From: Octopus sinensis
Taxonomy: Eukaryota
DNA length: 64,000 nucleotides
NCBI RefSeq assembly: GCF_006345805.1
Contig: NC_043003.1
Location: forward strand, 51,708,001 to 51,772,000
Reading direction: 5' to 3'
Shown: in pieces, positions 1 to 12,559 of the stretch
How positions within the stretch are numbered: the stretch's first letter is position 1
Layout: each line of letters opens with the position of its first letter
Notes under the pieces: generated by a model
Told to the model about the DNA's origin: nothing
The model's input: only the letters and a program-made list of their open reading frames with translations
Databases searched by the model: none
Program-made: the position numbers and the translations under genes

Positions 1-1318
1 CAGAACTAAGATGATGAAAAATTGGACCAAACGGGAAAAAACAAAGTTTGTCATCAAATACAGAGGCAAATTGGTAAGCCAAAATTATTTAAATCAAATA
101 AAGTAGCATATGGTGTTACAGGAAAGAAATTCTATTTCATTGGTGAATGTATTTGCAATGTAACTTTTCAAGGTGAAACGAAAAGGACAATCATTTATGT
201 GTTGAAAAAATCATTAAACCTATTTGGTACAGAATGCTTGGAGTTATACAAAATGTGGGCTACCCCCATTAGTGTGTTCTGTGAAAATGTAGTTGGCTCA
301 GTCAAAATTTTGAATGAGGTCAAGCAACTAAGACAAAAAATTAAAAAAATGTTTCCAAATGTGTTTTTGGAAGGATTAAGTTGTTGCACTAAAACAAAAG
401 CAAGGATTGCAATAAAAGAAAAGGCAACACCCGTTTTTTGGCTCAAATGGAATGTGCCATTTGCAGCATTAGACCACATAAATAAAGAGCTGGAAAGACT
501 AGAAAGTGTAAAAAAAACTGAAAATGTCAGCCATTCAGCACTGACAGTTTATGTAAAGGAAAAAATAATAAACTAAGAGTGTGTGCGAAGCCACATATTT
601 ATGGTCAGAAATGTGCCAGAAGGAATCTGATGAGTTAAAATGCGTTTAACTTCAGACTTGTCACTTTACACACTTCGATCCAAAATTGGAGACAATACTG
701 GCAACAGATGCTAGTAGGTGTCATACTTCTACACAAATGTAAAGATGGCAGTCAAAAGGCCATAGCTCATGCATTGTGGATGGTATTGACAGTGGAAAAC
801 AGTACTGGGAAGGTGAAATTACAAAGTACATAGGAAAAATAATGTACAGGTTAAAAAGCAGGAAAGGTATTGAAAAAAGATAGAAACCAATTGAAGAAGT
901 GATCCATAGAAAATGAACCAGACAGATTGGAAGAACCTGTGGAATGGCTGTATGAAACATTCCGGGTACCAACACCATTACAGGTTGTTGAACCCACATG
1001 TACAAGTGGAAGAAAAAGGAAAAACACAGAGTTCCTACAAATAAACATCAAAAAGAAAAAATATTGGAGGAGGGTGAATAAAGTAAAATTAAATTACTTA
1101 CTTCCTAAAGAAAAAAAAAACTAAAAGGGGAGATGTTGTAGTGAAAAATTGGTACACCCCTTCCCACATGACAAGTCAATTGTGTGACAGTCCAAGTCAG
1201 TCAGTAGTGGACATACAAGTAGTAACATACAAGTGGACAAGGAAACACATTATAACAAGATCACATAATTACCATTGACTAGAAATATCAATTTTATAGT
1301 GCTTTTGTAATTGTAACA
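1..1318 (+). mobile_element. Degenerate, internally deleted Ty3/Gypsy LTR retrotransposon (pol remnants, PPT, 3' LTR)
   Basis: ORF 22-576 contains KATPVF..NVPFAALDHINKELERLE (protease-RT linker). An RNase H remnant (ATDAS, KDGSQKAIAHA) lies near 705-775 and an integrase-tail remnant near 800-900. The polypurine tract AAAAGGGGAGA (1123-1133) is followed by TG...CA at 1134-1318. Confidence 0.85.
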
Positions 1319-1342
1319 TACATACATACATACATACATACA

Positions 1343-1390
<48 letters not shown>

Positions 1391-1575
1391 CTTTATTTAA
1401 AAGCAGCAGAAATTCAACAAAACATGTTACTCGGAGTTTCACGTTCCCGTTCGTCGGACAGTTTTGTTAACAGGTTTTGTTGAATTTCTGCTGCTTTTAA
1501 ATAAAGCATATTACTCTACCCCTGGTATTTGAGTACTCTTTTTTCCACCTTCTTTCACATTTATGTGTTTACTCC

Positions 1576-1579
<4 letters not shown>
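1391..1579 (-). mobile_element. Penelope-like-element-derived fold-back repeat with a hammerhead-like core (copy 1)
   Basis: Perfect 33-bp inverted repeat (1391-1423 / 1474-1506) around TGT-CCGACGA-ACG GGAA CGT-GAAA-CTC C GAG-TA-ACA; a near-identical element lies at 29092-29275. Confidence 0.7.
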
Positions 1580-1611
<32 letters not shown>

Positions 1612-1614
<3 letters not shown>

Positions 1615-1791
1615 TCATCATCATCATTTAGCGTCCGTTTTCCATGCTAGCATGGGTTGGACGGTTCTACTGGGGTCTGTGAAGCCAGAAGGCTTCATCA
1701 GGCCCAGTCAAATCTGGCAGTGTTTCTACGGCTGGATGCCCTTCCTAACGCCAACCACTCCGAGAGTGTAGTGGGTGCTTTTTACGTGCCA

Positions 1792-1795
<4 letters not shown>
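1612..1795 (-). mobile_element. SINE 3' part with (CAT)n tail; family seen many times in the window
   Basis: Shares ccatgctagcatgg and ggatgcccttcctaacgccaaccactc with copies at about 12340-12500, 18290-18440 and 36510-36660. Confidence 0.75.
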
Positions 1796-1796
<1 letters not shown>

Positions 1797-1846
<50 letters not shown>

Positions 1847-1849
1847 ATA

Positions 1850-1899
<50 letters not shown>

Positions 1900-1918
1900 A
1901 TATATGTATATATATATC

Positions 1919-1951
<33 letters not shown>

Positions 1952-2080
1952 ATATATATATGTATATATATATATATATATAATATATATAATATATATA
2001 TATGTATTATATATGTATATATATATGTATATATATATAATATATATATATGTATATATATGTATATATATATATATATG

Positions 2081-2112
<32 letters not shown>

Positions 2113-2166
2113 TATATATATGTATATATATGTATATATATATATATATATTATTATATATATATA
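1797..2166. repeat. (TA)n/(TG)n compound microsatellite
   Basis: Read directly. Similar tracts at about 3895-4168, 4370-4640, 14790-14975, 33320-33390 and 62245-62320. Confidence 0.98.
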
Positions 2167-3275
2167 TGGACTCTACCTCATAGTATAACCTATTTACAAC
2201 CAGCATAACTAGGTTACTGATACAGGTCTTCTAGGTCATTAACATATGAAAGCTTGACAAATGAAGGTCATGACCAGTTATATATACAAAGCAACCCCAT
2301 TGACAGAATGCAATAAGTTGATCATTCAGTCTCTAGGTTGGAATTCCTTTAAATTTTTCAGCAGTAGCAGTACAGGTAGCAGCAACAAAAGCAGTTGTAG
2401 CAGCAGCAAACAACAGCAACAGCAGCTGCCGCTTTCAAGTTTGTTATTCTTCTTGAATAACTTGCCATGGTTTAGGTAATAACTGTAGGAATTCAAAGAA
2501 TTTATAATTTTGTCAGTGCCATTGATGACTGATCACTTAATACAACTGTGAATGCTTTATCACTTCCACAATTATTTTACTCTCTCCTCTTATATTGGAT
2601 ATTTTTACATTCAGTTTACTTACAAGGCAAAGAGTTTTTATGTCCATTTTCAGTGGAATGAATCTCCTAATGATTGAATATTACGAAGGAATAATAAAAA
2701 TCACATTCATGAATTTCCTTCAGACTGTGATTATTTCCAAATGCTCATTTCATAAAATGTTTAATTAATAAGTCACAGGTTATGCCATGCTGATGATTTC
2801 TAAGAAGAATGAAATAGTGCTTACATAATTACCATTGACTAGAAATTCTAAGAACTTTGTAATAGGTAAACAAAAACAAAAATTAAATATGCGAAACTTA
2901 TGCATCTTTTTCCTTACAATTCCTTAATTTCAATTTCAAATTTCTAAGCCGGTTTTAAATTATTTCAAGGGAGATAATCATATGGAGAAATGATTATCTC
3001 CTTTGTAATAGCTGTGACTATTAGAAGGACCACATAAGTAAAATAGAAATGTAATGTCAAAAGTATTGTATATCATTAGTACACATTACAGTATGGGCAG
3101 CATATTTAATTGGAGCTGAATTTCTTTTATTCGAAACATCGATATTCCAGTTCATTACAGAAAATATAACAGAAGATTCTAATTCTTCAATTGCATGTAA
3201 CACGGACAACACCAGGTATCTCTGCTTGGAAAGTGGCTGTTAAGTTAATAATGATGATGATGATGATATCTAACT

Positions 3276-3712
3276 GGGCCCCACCTGCAAGGTCATGTGC
3301 TGTGTATCTTGATATGAGATCACCATGTCATGCGCATATGGTTGTGATGCATGTGCCTGGTGTACCCTTACCAGATGGGTAGTCATGATGGGTATACTGG
3401 GCTTCGCATATTTTACCCCAGTGTCACTTTGAGGGCTTGCACTGCTCTCTTACTCAATAGCAATTACAACAACAATAATAGACCATTTGAGTGGATTTGG
3501 CCACTCAACAGGAAGGAAGTTCAAAATAGGCCCTACCTGTAAAGTCATGCACTGTTTATCTTGATATGAGATCTCCCTGTCATGCACATATGGTTGTGAT
3601 GCATGTGCTTGGTGTACCCTTATCAGATGGGTAGTCATGATGGGAATACTGGGCTTTGTATATTTTACCCCAGTGTTACTTTGATGGTATGTGCTGCTCT
3701 CTCACTCAATAA
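3276..3712. repeat. Two diverged tandem copies (about 3276-3459 and 3529-3712) of a roughly 180-bp interspersed repeat
   Basis: Shared core atcttgatatgagatc..catatggttgtgatgcatgtgc.tggtgtaccctta.cagatgggtagtcatgatggg.atactgggc. Confidence 0.8.
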
Positions 3713-3956
3713 TAATAATAATCCTTTCTACTAAAGGCATGAGGCCTGAAAAATGGGGTAGGTGACTAGTCGATTATATCAACCCCAGTTTTTCACTGGT
3801 ACCTATTTTCACTGAAAGGAAGAAAGGCAAAATCAACCTCAGCGGAATTTTGAATTCAGAATCTAAAGATAAATGTAATGATGCCTGGTGTGCTAATATA
3901 TACATACATGTATGCATATATGCATACATACACGTGCGTGTGTGTGCATATATATA

Positions 3957-3991
<35 letters not shown>

Positions 3992-4000
3992 TACATATAC

Positions 4001-4032
<32 letters not shown>

Positions 4033-4059
4033 CTATATATATATACATATCATACATAT

Positions 4060-4145
<86 letters not shown>

Positions 4146-4272
4146 TATATATATATGCATATATACATAGGAAGGAAAAATTATAAAGAGGCAGAATGCT
4201 AAATTGAAGGTAAATTTTAATGAAAATGGGTGTATGGAAAATTAAAAAAAAATTTTTTTTAAATATTAACTC

Positions 4273-4330
4273 AAAAATATGGAACGCTTCATGAATTTGC
4301 GTGTCATCCTTGCGCAGGGGCCATGCTAAT

Positions 4331-4361
<31 letters not shown>

Positions 4362-4369
4362 ACTGCCGA
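4273..4369 (-). pseudogene. U6: U6 snRNA pseudogene (5'-truncated)
   Basis: The reverse complement matches U6 from TCGGCAG to CCATATTTTT. It lacks the first roughly 9 nt, has a 1-nt deletion in ACAGAGAAGATTAGC and a CG>CA change, and has only (TA)n upstream. Confidence 0.9.
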
Positions 4370-4380
4370 TGTATATTATA

Positions 4381-4421
<41 letters not shown>

Positions 4422-4482
4422 TATTTACATATTTTTCTTTCTTAAATGACTACAACCATGTGTAAACAGATCTGATACCTTT

Positions 4483-4515
<33 letters not shown>

Positions 4516-4538
4516 GCATACATATATATATATATATG

Positions 4539-4595
<57 letters not shown>

Positions 4596-4664
4596 TATAC
4601 ATATATATATACATATATATATATAATATATATATATATATACATAACACCTATCTGTGTTCAT

Positions 4665-5750
4665 TTTGTCCTTACACAGAGGCCATCCGGATTCCCGTTT
4701 GCGCCGTGAACAGAATTAATCTTCTCTCTTCGCTCTTATACGCCATTTGGTCTCAACTCTCCCCCCCTCCTCATCTAACCCCCCCTCTCCCCCCCTCCTC
4801 ACCTATCCTTCTCTCCCCCCGACCCCTACTTCTTCTTCAGTCCTTCATTCATCCTTCACCCCTACTCCCCTTCCCTTCTTCCCTCTTTCTCCCTCCCTCT
4901 TCCCCTTCCCTCTGCTCCCTCACTCCCTCTCTCCCCCTCTCCCTCTTTCCTCCTTCATCCCCCTCCTCCCCTTCCTTCTCCCCATCCTCTCCTCTTCCCC
5001 CTTCTCCCCCCTCTTCTTCTTCCCCCTCCCCTTCTCCCCTCCCCCCTCTTCTCCCCCCCTCCCCCCTCTTCTCCTCACTACACCACATGACTTTACACAT
5101 CACATCACATATGATGTGCCATACTAATACACACACCAACTAATACATACTAATACGTACTAATACATACTAGTACATACTAATACTTACACCAACCCTA
5201 TACATACACATGTCCACCCCGCATACGCACTTATACTCTCTCACACACACACACACAACCATATACATACCAATACGTACTAAATACTAATAATACATAC
5301 ACCAACCCCATACATACACACGTCCAGACCAATCTTACGCACTAATACTCTCTCATACACACACACCACACACACACACACACACCCTTATACATACTAA
5401 TACATACACACACAACCCCATACATACACACATCCAGACCCCCCCACGCACTTTTAGCTGTCCCTCAACCCTTTTATCAACCCTATTATCTCCCCTTATT
5501 TCGCTCTCGCGTCTCATGTTTGATCTTTGACCTCTGGCCGAAATCAGATCGCCATGTTGATTCGTTAGCTACTGCACGCATTTTTTTCTCTCCTTCTTTC
5601 TGTGTTTTCTCTCTCTGTGTATCTTTCTGTTGAAGAGCGTAGGCTCGAAACGTTAAAGACTTGTTTTATTTATATTTCCTGAGCGCCATACTAATACAAT
5701 TGTTCGTTGTTTTCCACCTGCCTCGTCTTGTGTTTATTTTCATAAAGCTT

Positions 5751-5755
<5 letters not shown>
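4665..5755 (+). mobile_element. Penelope-like element 3' remnant (GIY-YIG C-terminus, low-complexity spacer, pseudo-LTR)
   Basis: 4690-4757 encodes DSRLRREQ / [15 protein letters not shown] across one frameshift, typical of the PLE GIY-YIG end. The terminal segment contains TTGAAGAGCGTAGGCTCGAAACGTT. Confidence 0.75.
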
Positions 5756-5790
<35 letters not shown>

Positions 5791-8569
5791 ATATGCACTG
5801 GAGGTTTGCATAATAAAATTTATGCTAATATTAATATCATAATGAAACAAAGAGTTGTATTGCAACATTATATAGTAAACTGAGAATTCCTGTTTCGCGC
5901 CTTACGGTTATTAAACTTCCAAGTCTCAGTTTTAACTCATGGGAATGCCATTTTTGTTTGCAGTAAAGAGTTTTGCCAGCATAACATGGCAGTCCTGGTT
6001 TAGGACGAATGTTGCTATAATTTAGCCCCAGGAGGCATCACCTCCAGCTGGCTATATGACATGATCTGTGTCCTTATATTTTTTAACAAGGGAATCTAGT
6101 ACCCCCACTCAGCTCAAAACAATATCTGTGTATTGCGATTTCTAGGTTATTTTCCTTCATCAGCACAGAATAATTGTTCGGCTAGAGGTGGCGCTGGTTT
6201 CTACACACAAACAATACACACACACACATACGATGGGTCTCTTCCAGTTTCCATCTACCAAATCCACTGCTCGGCCCGAGGCTATAGCAGAAGATACTTG
6301 CCCAAGGTGCCATGCAGTGGAACTGAGCCTGGAACCATGTGGTTGGTAAATAAGCTACTTACTACACACCCACTCCTGCACCCATATATACATTAAAGTA
6401 ATAAAGTTAATGTCCGGTCATAGAGTAAACAATGGTTTCCTATTCATGAATGCCATAGCTTTGTGGACAACTCATCAGACTTTAGTCTGAAGATAAATTT
6501 AACTCTTCCCCTCTCAGAGGTGAAAACTTTTTATGGTCAATAGTCAAAAGGTCAATAGAGAATAAAAGGTCCAGCAATAGTGAGGACAGGTTATCCTCCC
6601 TAGACCAGCTATTTGGAGATGGAGAATAAGGGATCTATCCTTTGGCCTGCTTATGAATCATAAGGACTCTTCCAAGCTTAGCTAGCAAATGGGGAATTCC
6701 ATGTTTGCAGCAGGTAGCACTTGAAATGGATGCTTGACGTGAAGATTTCTTGGTAAGTATTCAGCAACCCAGGTCTCCAAGTCTCAGGGAGTTTTTAAGC
6801 ATCCTAGCTTGCTCAGCTATGCAGAGCTTGCAGTATCTGCTCCAACCATTCTAAGATCTTCCACTTAAAATTTTACGGAGTCCCTTGATCTTTCAGGTGC
6901 CACACATGGTTTCCACAGATGTGATGAATCATCTTTCTGGGACCATGAAAGAGGACCTGTGACTGTACAAGCATCACTTGAATGCTGTACTGGATGATCC
7001 AATGTATTTCTAGTCATGGGTGTTGGCTGTGTTCATGTTATTGGTGCATCTCTGATTGACTCCAGGCCTGGGAATGTTGCTATTGCCACTTGTGTTGTTG
7101 GGGCTATCATCTGTGCTGCGATCATTATGATGTGTGAGTCCAGCAATATGGCTGTGGCTGCAGTCACTGTGGTTGTTATCGTTGTAGTTGTACATGGCTA
7201 TAGGATTGGCACTATTGCTGCCAGTGATGTGGGTGCCATCAGTGATGGGGGTACTGTCGATGGTAATGTTTGGTGTGGGGTTGGTAGATTCACTAATGTA
7301 ATGGTGTTGGCATGGTCATCTTCTCTGGCTGTAATGCTTGCACTGGGGCTGTTTGTGTCAGTGCTGGTGTTTCCACTGCTGTCACGGCCTCCGATGCCGT
7401 TGATGTTGCTGAATGATCTGTTGCTGCTATTACTGTGGTTGCCATGCTTGGATGTCACCACAGCTTCATAGATGACACCCTTGGCCTTGCATTGGCCTCA
7501 CACTGGACAGTCATTGTACACTCTGCAAGAGCAGCCTGCCTCTTCCCATATTTTATATATAATATATATGTAGAACCTGGTCAAATCGTCTAACCCATGC
7601 TAGCATGGAAAACGGACATTAAATGATGATGATGTATACATACATGAACACACACACACACACATTGTTCTTCTATCAGTTACTGTCGATTAAATCCACT
7701 CACAAGGCTTTATTCACCCTGGGACTACTTACCCAAAGAGCCATGAAGTGGGACTATACCTGAGACCATATAGTTAGGAAGCCAGCTTCTTAAACATGGA
7801 GACACACCTATGTGTATAAAATTAGATCAGTACAAATTTTTTTCTTTCTTGCTCGACAAGAAATTTTGTTTCTGTAGCATAATGTTATTTCATATTGCTT
7901 TATAAAGAAGAAATAAAAAGGTAAAAAAAACAGGTCATTCAAACATTCCTCCTACACAAGGTTTGGTGACATCAATTGTTTGCAAAACTCATGTCAATGT
8001 TACACCTTACCTTTCTGTTCATGATGTGTTAAATCCGTCATTCATTAAAACTTCTACCTCCTTAAACTTTCACCTTTTCTCTTGTCCATTACATAACTAC
8101 CATTATCTAAATGTCGTTATTGTTTACAATATTACAACGATTTTCTAGAGATTTTTGTGGTAAGCAAAATTTGAGCATTCATGTTTCCTTTCTCTTTTTC
8201 TTTTTTCTCCTTTGTATATTCACATTCTTATATTATGTCTGGATTTCAGAATATTTAATGGATTACCATTGTTATTTCCTGTGCTAGCAACATGTAACAC
8301 AAATTTCTTGAATAGCCAACAGCTTACATTAAAAACTTCTATTTCTCAAACAAACAAAGGTACCTTTGTATGATTACTGAACTAGCTAGAGATAGAGATT
8401 AAAGCTCTCTTAAATCACACCATATACTTGCCTAATAAAGTAAGGACATATGTTCTGTAGAACAAGATGCATTATATAGGAACAAAGGCTTAGCTGATCA
8501 CTGAAATGCTATGTAAAATAGGCATACTTGATTACAAGAGACCAAGGGCGAATGAAAGGGGAAGAGAGC

Positions 8570-8697
8570 AGAAAGAAAGGAAGAGAAAGGAAAGAAAAGA
8601 AGAAGAAGAGAAGAAGAAGAAGAAGAAGAAGAAGAAGAAGAAGAGAAGAAGAAGAAGAAGAGAAGAAAGAAGAAGAATAAGAAGAAGAAGAAGAAGA

Positions 8698-8746
<49 letters not shown>

Positions 8747-8748
8747 AC
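8570..8748. repeat. (GAA)n followed by (CTA)n microsatellite
   Basis: Read directly. Confidence 0.97.
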
Positions 8749-10151
8749 TTGTTATATTGAGGAAAGTCTACATGGTCATCTGATGTACCAGTAATAACAA
8801 CCAAATCTCTCTTTAATTGTACCCTACCAGAGAAAGACGGACACAATGTAGTCCTGAATACCTCTAAACCTGGGGTGGGGAAACTTCTTAGTACAGCAAG
8901 CAAAAATTTCCAAAGGAAAAGGTCCATGGGTGGATCGCAAGTTCTAATTCTTATATCTGTGTTGACCTTGTTTATATCTATGTATAATTCGATGTATATT
9001 AATAAAGATCAGTTTAACACATCCAATTAATGTGTTACATCTTCATTAACACTGCCACTGAATTTTAGACATTTATATTTCTTATGAGGTATTCTATATT
9101 TTCCAGTTAGAGTGTAGTTGGGGGTTAACCTCCAGTTTCTGACCTGGGTAAAAAAAAAAATTGTGTAATAGGTGTAAAACAACAAGTAGTAAATGAGTAT
9201 GAAAAGAAAATGCATGTTGGTGAATGGGAGGGGAGAGACAACTTGGAAAATTCACATGATCAAACTCGCAGGATCCAAAAACTCAATGTTAACACCTGGT
9301 CACAAAAAAAAAATAGTGTAATAGGTGTAAAACAACATGTAGCAAATAAATATGAAACAAAAAAAATGTGCGCTGACAAACGAGGGTGAGGAGAGGACCA
9401 AGAAAATTCGCATGATACAATTTTTTCCCTCAAGAAAATGGATATTCTTCCCAACCACACAGTTCTGGGTTCAGTCCCATTGCATAGCGCTTTGGACAAG
9501 TGTCTTCAACTATAACTTCAGGCATCCTGGAGGGCAAAGGCAGCATTTCAGAGGAAAAATTATCTGTGCTATAAACGAAGATGAAAACACAAATTTGGGC
9601 ACAAAATTTTTTCGATTCTGTCTTCTGCATAATGGTATTAACAGAAACAATTGCCTCGTAAATGTTTGTAAGCCATTCAAGAACATACACACACAAAAAA
9701 AAAAAATCGTTAGTTTCACGGCAACATTTAAATCTCATTCCAATCTCAATATTTTTGTTGCTTTGAAACTGAGACTTGTTCAATGACAAAACAGATGCAG
9801 CCCGAATGTTTGTCAGGGTTTTGTTGTGGTTTCAAAGAACAAAAATATTTAGACACAAATGAGATTTAAATGTTGCAGAAGGTATGCTTGAGGACTCTCC
9901 ACCCATGACCCTCCCAGGAATATATGGGTGAAGATGAGATGAGAACTTCAAAGTTTGCAAATTCTGACATGACAAGCTTGTGAAAAAAATATAAATTTTC
10001 ACATACTGAAAAATCTTTAAAACTATTGTTAATGTGTAGTCCCAATTCAGTTTTGATCAAAGATATTCGTTTGTTCAGATGTACTGTGTCAAGAACTGAA
10101 TTTAAGACATAGGATGTTACTTGAGGGAGAGTTGGCTCCTAATAATAATTC

Positions 10152-10370
10152 CTTGGGGAATGTGAAGAAGCAGGCTGGAAAGCAGAGCATTTTCCAATCG
10201 AAGTTGGATGTGGAGGGTTTGTTGGACACAGTGTGAGACGACTGTTGTTATCGTTAGGCCTAACTCATCGTAAAATCAATACCACTATGACCGATATCCA
10301 AACTACGGTGGAGAAGGCTAGCCACTGGATTTGGTTAAAAAGAGACGATGAGCAATGGCTAGAGAAATAG
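10152..10370 (+). mobile_element. C-terminal fragment of a restriction-like-endonuclease non-LTR retrotransposon (R2 superfamily, HERO-like)
   Basis: Translation LGECEEAGWKAEHFPIEVGCGGFVGHSVRRLLLSLG...VEKASHWIWLKRDD-stop matches the P(V/I)EVGCRGF...ERAS.WLWLKR signature. Confidence 0.75.
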
Positions 10371-11040
10371 TGAGCTTTATTTAATAACCAGTTGATCTAG
10401 CAAGCAGGGCCTCGTATCAGTGAGGGGGTGGGGTGGGCATGCGAATTGATGTCATTGAGAGGTAGGCCCCAAAACGGCGTGCATTCTCACCTGATGACCC
10501 TATACACTTGCTGGCTTCCGGTATGTGGAGTTCTTGACTAGTAGCACTTGTATGTGCAAGTTGTTTGCAAGACATCTAGCAGCTCATCTCCATTTATGCA
10601 AGTGGATGTTGGACAATCAAATCAATTGATAGGTAAATGGTCTGCGGCCACAAAATGAAAAAAAGAAAAATGTCTAGTGAGTTGAGTATATCCCATTGGA
10701 TGTGTAATATCAGTAATGTCATTATGTATGAATGATGGAGGACAAGTGTGCTGAGAAGAAAAAGAAAGGTGCATTATAAAACAGCTGTAATGTATAAGAG
10801 GGAAAACTGAACTGGTATGGACAAGTGAATTATTTTTTTATTTGTTGGGTCTAAAGAAAGAGACTGTTTACAAGCATTCTGGAGCTGGTGGGATTCATGC
10901 CATTAATGTTCTTCTTGAGCCATTGCTATTCAACATCTACAGCAAAGATATGAGCAAGGAGGGAGTTCCAGTAGGTAGTGACAATGAAGGATTGGATGTA
11001 GTTAGAGCAGGCCCTGGGGAGATGGACATAAGAGTGATGA

Positions 11041-11258
11041 AGGCGGTGAGCTGGCAGAAACGTTAGCACACCGGGCGAAATGCTTAGCAGTATTTCGTCT
11101 GTCATTATGTTCTGAGTTCAAATTCCACCGAGGTCGACTTTACCTTTCATCCTTTTGGGGTCAATAAATTAAGTACCAGTTACACACTGGGGTCGATGTA
11201 ATCGACTTAATCCCCTTGTCCCCTCTATGTTTAGCCCCTTGTGGGCAATAAAGAAATA
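11041..11258 (+). mobile_element. tRNA-derived SINE
   Basis: Head ggcggtgagctggcagaa..gagttcaaattc and core gtcgacttt.cctttcatcc..ggggtc.ataaattaagtacc. Other copies at about 3720-3870, 13100-13460, 23300-23470, 27530-27780, 37800-37990 and 52340-52560. Confidence 0.8.
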
Positions 11259-11669
11259 AGAAGGGTGATGAGGAAAGAGATGAGTGGGTTAGGAATGCTC
11301 TAGTAAATGTGCCATGAGACCAGTCAGCTCTCAGAAGCAGAGGTCAAAGTTAGAGAGGAAGCAGACAGTACACCTCTGGGCTTGTGTCTATTGGCCATCA
11401 GCTAGATGACTGTTTTCTAGATACAGTCTAGGATGTTTGTGGGTGCAGCAGTAATACTGTTCCAGATATGGGAACAAAAAATAGTTCAATGTTGGACTCA
11501 CTGGGGGCGGGGGGCTGAAGAATCTCTTAGCTCTGAAGAAAAGGGCTTGTCACTGCAATGTAGTCCTAGTTCTGTTAAAGATCTGCTTTCATCAGAAGAA
11601 ACCCTTAAGAGATAGTAAGACCTAAAATTTGAAGGGATCATGAAAGCTTTAGTTGCATGCTGCATATGT

Positions 11670-12500
11670 TTAAAGAGTGTGTGGTACAATAATGTTCTCA
11701 TGATATGAATAGTGTTTGTGTTTCCGGCCATGTGGCGAGAATGGATGTGGATAGCTGTGCGAAAAAGTGCCACAGCCTAGCGGATGAGGGAACCTGTGGA
11801 AGAGGTAAACCCAAGAGGACCTGGGATGAGGTGGTGAAGCATGACCTTTGAACATTGGGCTTCACCGAGGCAATGACTAGTGACCAGGACCTTTGGAAAT
11901 ATGCTGTGCTTGAGAAGACTCGGCAAGCTCAAGTGAGACCATAACCATGTGACCTATGTCAGAGGTGTAACCAGCCCACTTTATGCGTACCTTTCCCTCA
12001 TTGGATACTAAACTCTGCTTGTGAAGACCTGTTGAAGCAAGTGAAATCAAAATCGATGACTGGCATTCGTGGTAGTGGAGCGCGAAGAGTACCATACGAA
12101 CGTGATCGTTACCAGAGCAACAAGCTGGCCTCCGTGCCGATGGCTCGTAAAAAAGCACTGTTCAAGCGTGATCATTACCTACGTTGCCTTACTGGCACTT
12201 GAAAAACATTTGAACGAGGTCGTTGCCAGTACCGCTGGACTGGCTCCTGTGCAGGTGGCACATAAAAAGCACCATTTGTATGTGGCCGCTGCCAGTACTG
12301 CCTGACTGGCCCTCATACCGGTGGCACGTAAAAGCACCCACTACACTCTCGGAGTGGTTGGCGTTAGGAAGGGCATCCAGCCGTAGAAACTCTGCCAGAT
12401 CAGATTGGAGTCTGGTGCAGCCATCTGGTTCGCCAGACCTCAGTCAAATGTCCAACCCATGCTAGCATGGAAAGCAGATGTTAAACGATGATGATGATGA
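11670..12500 (+). mobile_element. RTE-clade LINE 3' end followed by a SINE-like tail ending in (GAT)n
   Basis: Encodes GHVARMD..GRGKPKRTWDEVVKHDL..EAMTSDQDLWKYAVLEKT. Related RTE tails lie at about 18050-18200 and 55010-55150. Confidence 0.8.
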
Positions 12501-12559
12501 TTGTTGTTAAAAGAAGCAAAATTCATACACCTCTATTGGAGGATGCTTTGAGATCACTG

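Noticed and set aside
1657-2206. YI/CV-repeat ORFs (also 3850-4202, 4450-4650, 14671-15063, 40612-40936)
   Set aside because: These are translations of (TA)n/(TG)n microsatellites.
4514-5143. 209-aa Pro/Ser/Leu-rich ORF
   Set aside because: It is a low-complexity CT-rich spacer inside the PLE remnant.
6600-7000. Apparent plus-strand donor/acceptor pair (about 6752 and 6896)
   Set aside because: No open frame across the putative junction; probably a decayed repeat.
7010-7471. 151-aa hydrophobic ORF and overlapping antisense ORFs
   Set aside because: Low-complexity GT-rich sequence with no recognisable domain or splice context.
11041-11140. tRNA gene
   Set aside because: Only A/B-box-like SINE heads are present; there is no complete cloverleaf and they continue into SINE bodies.
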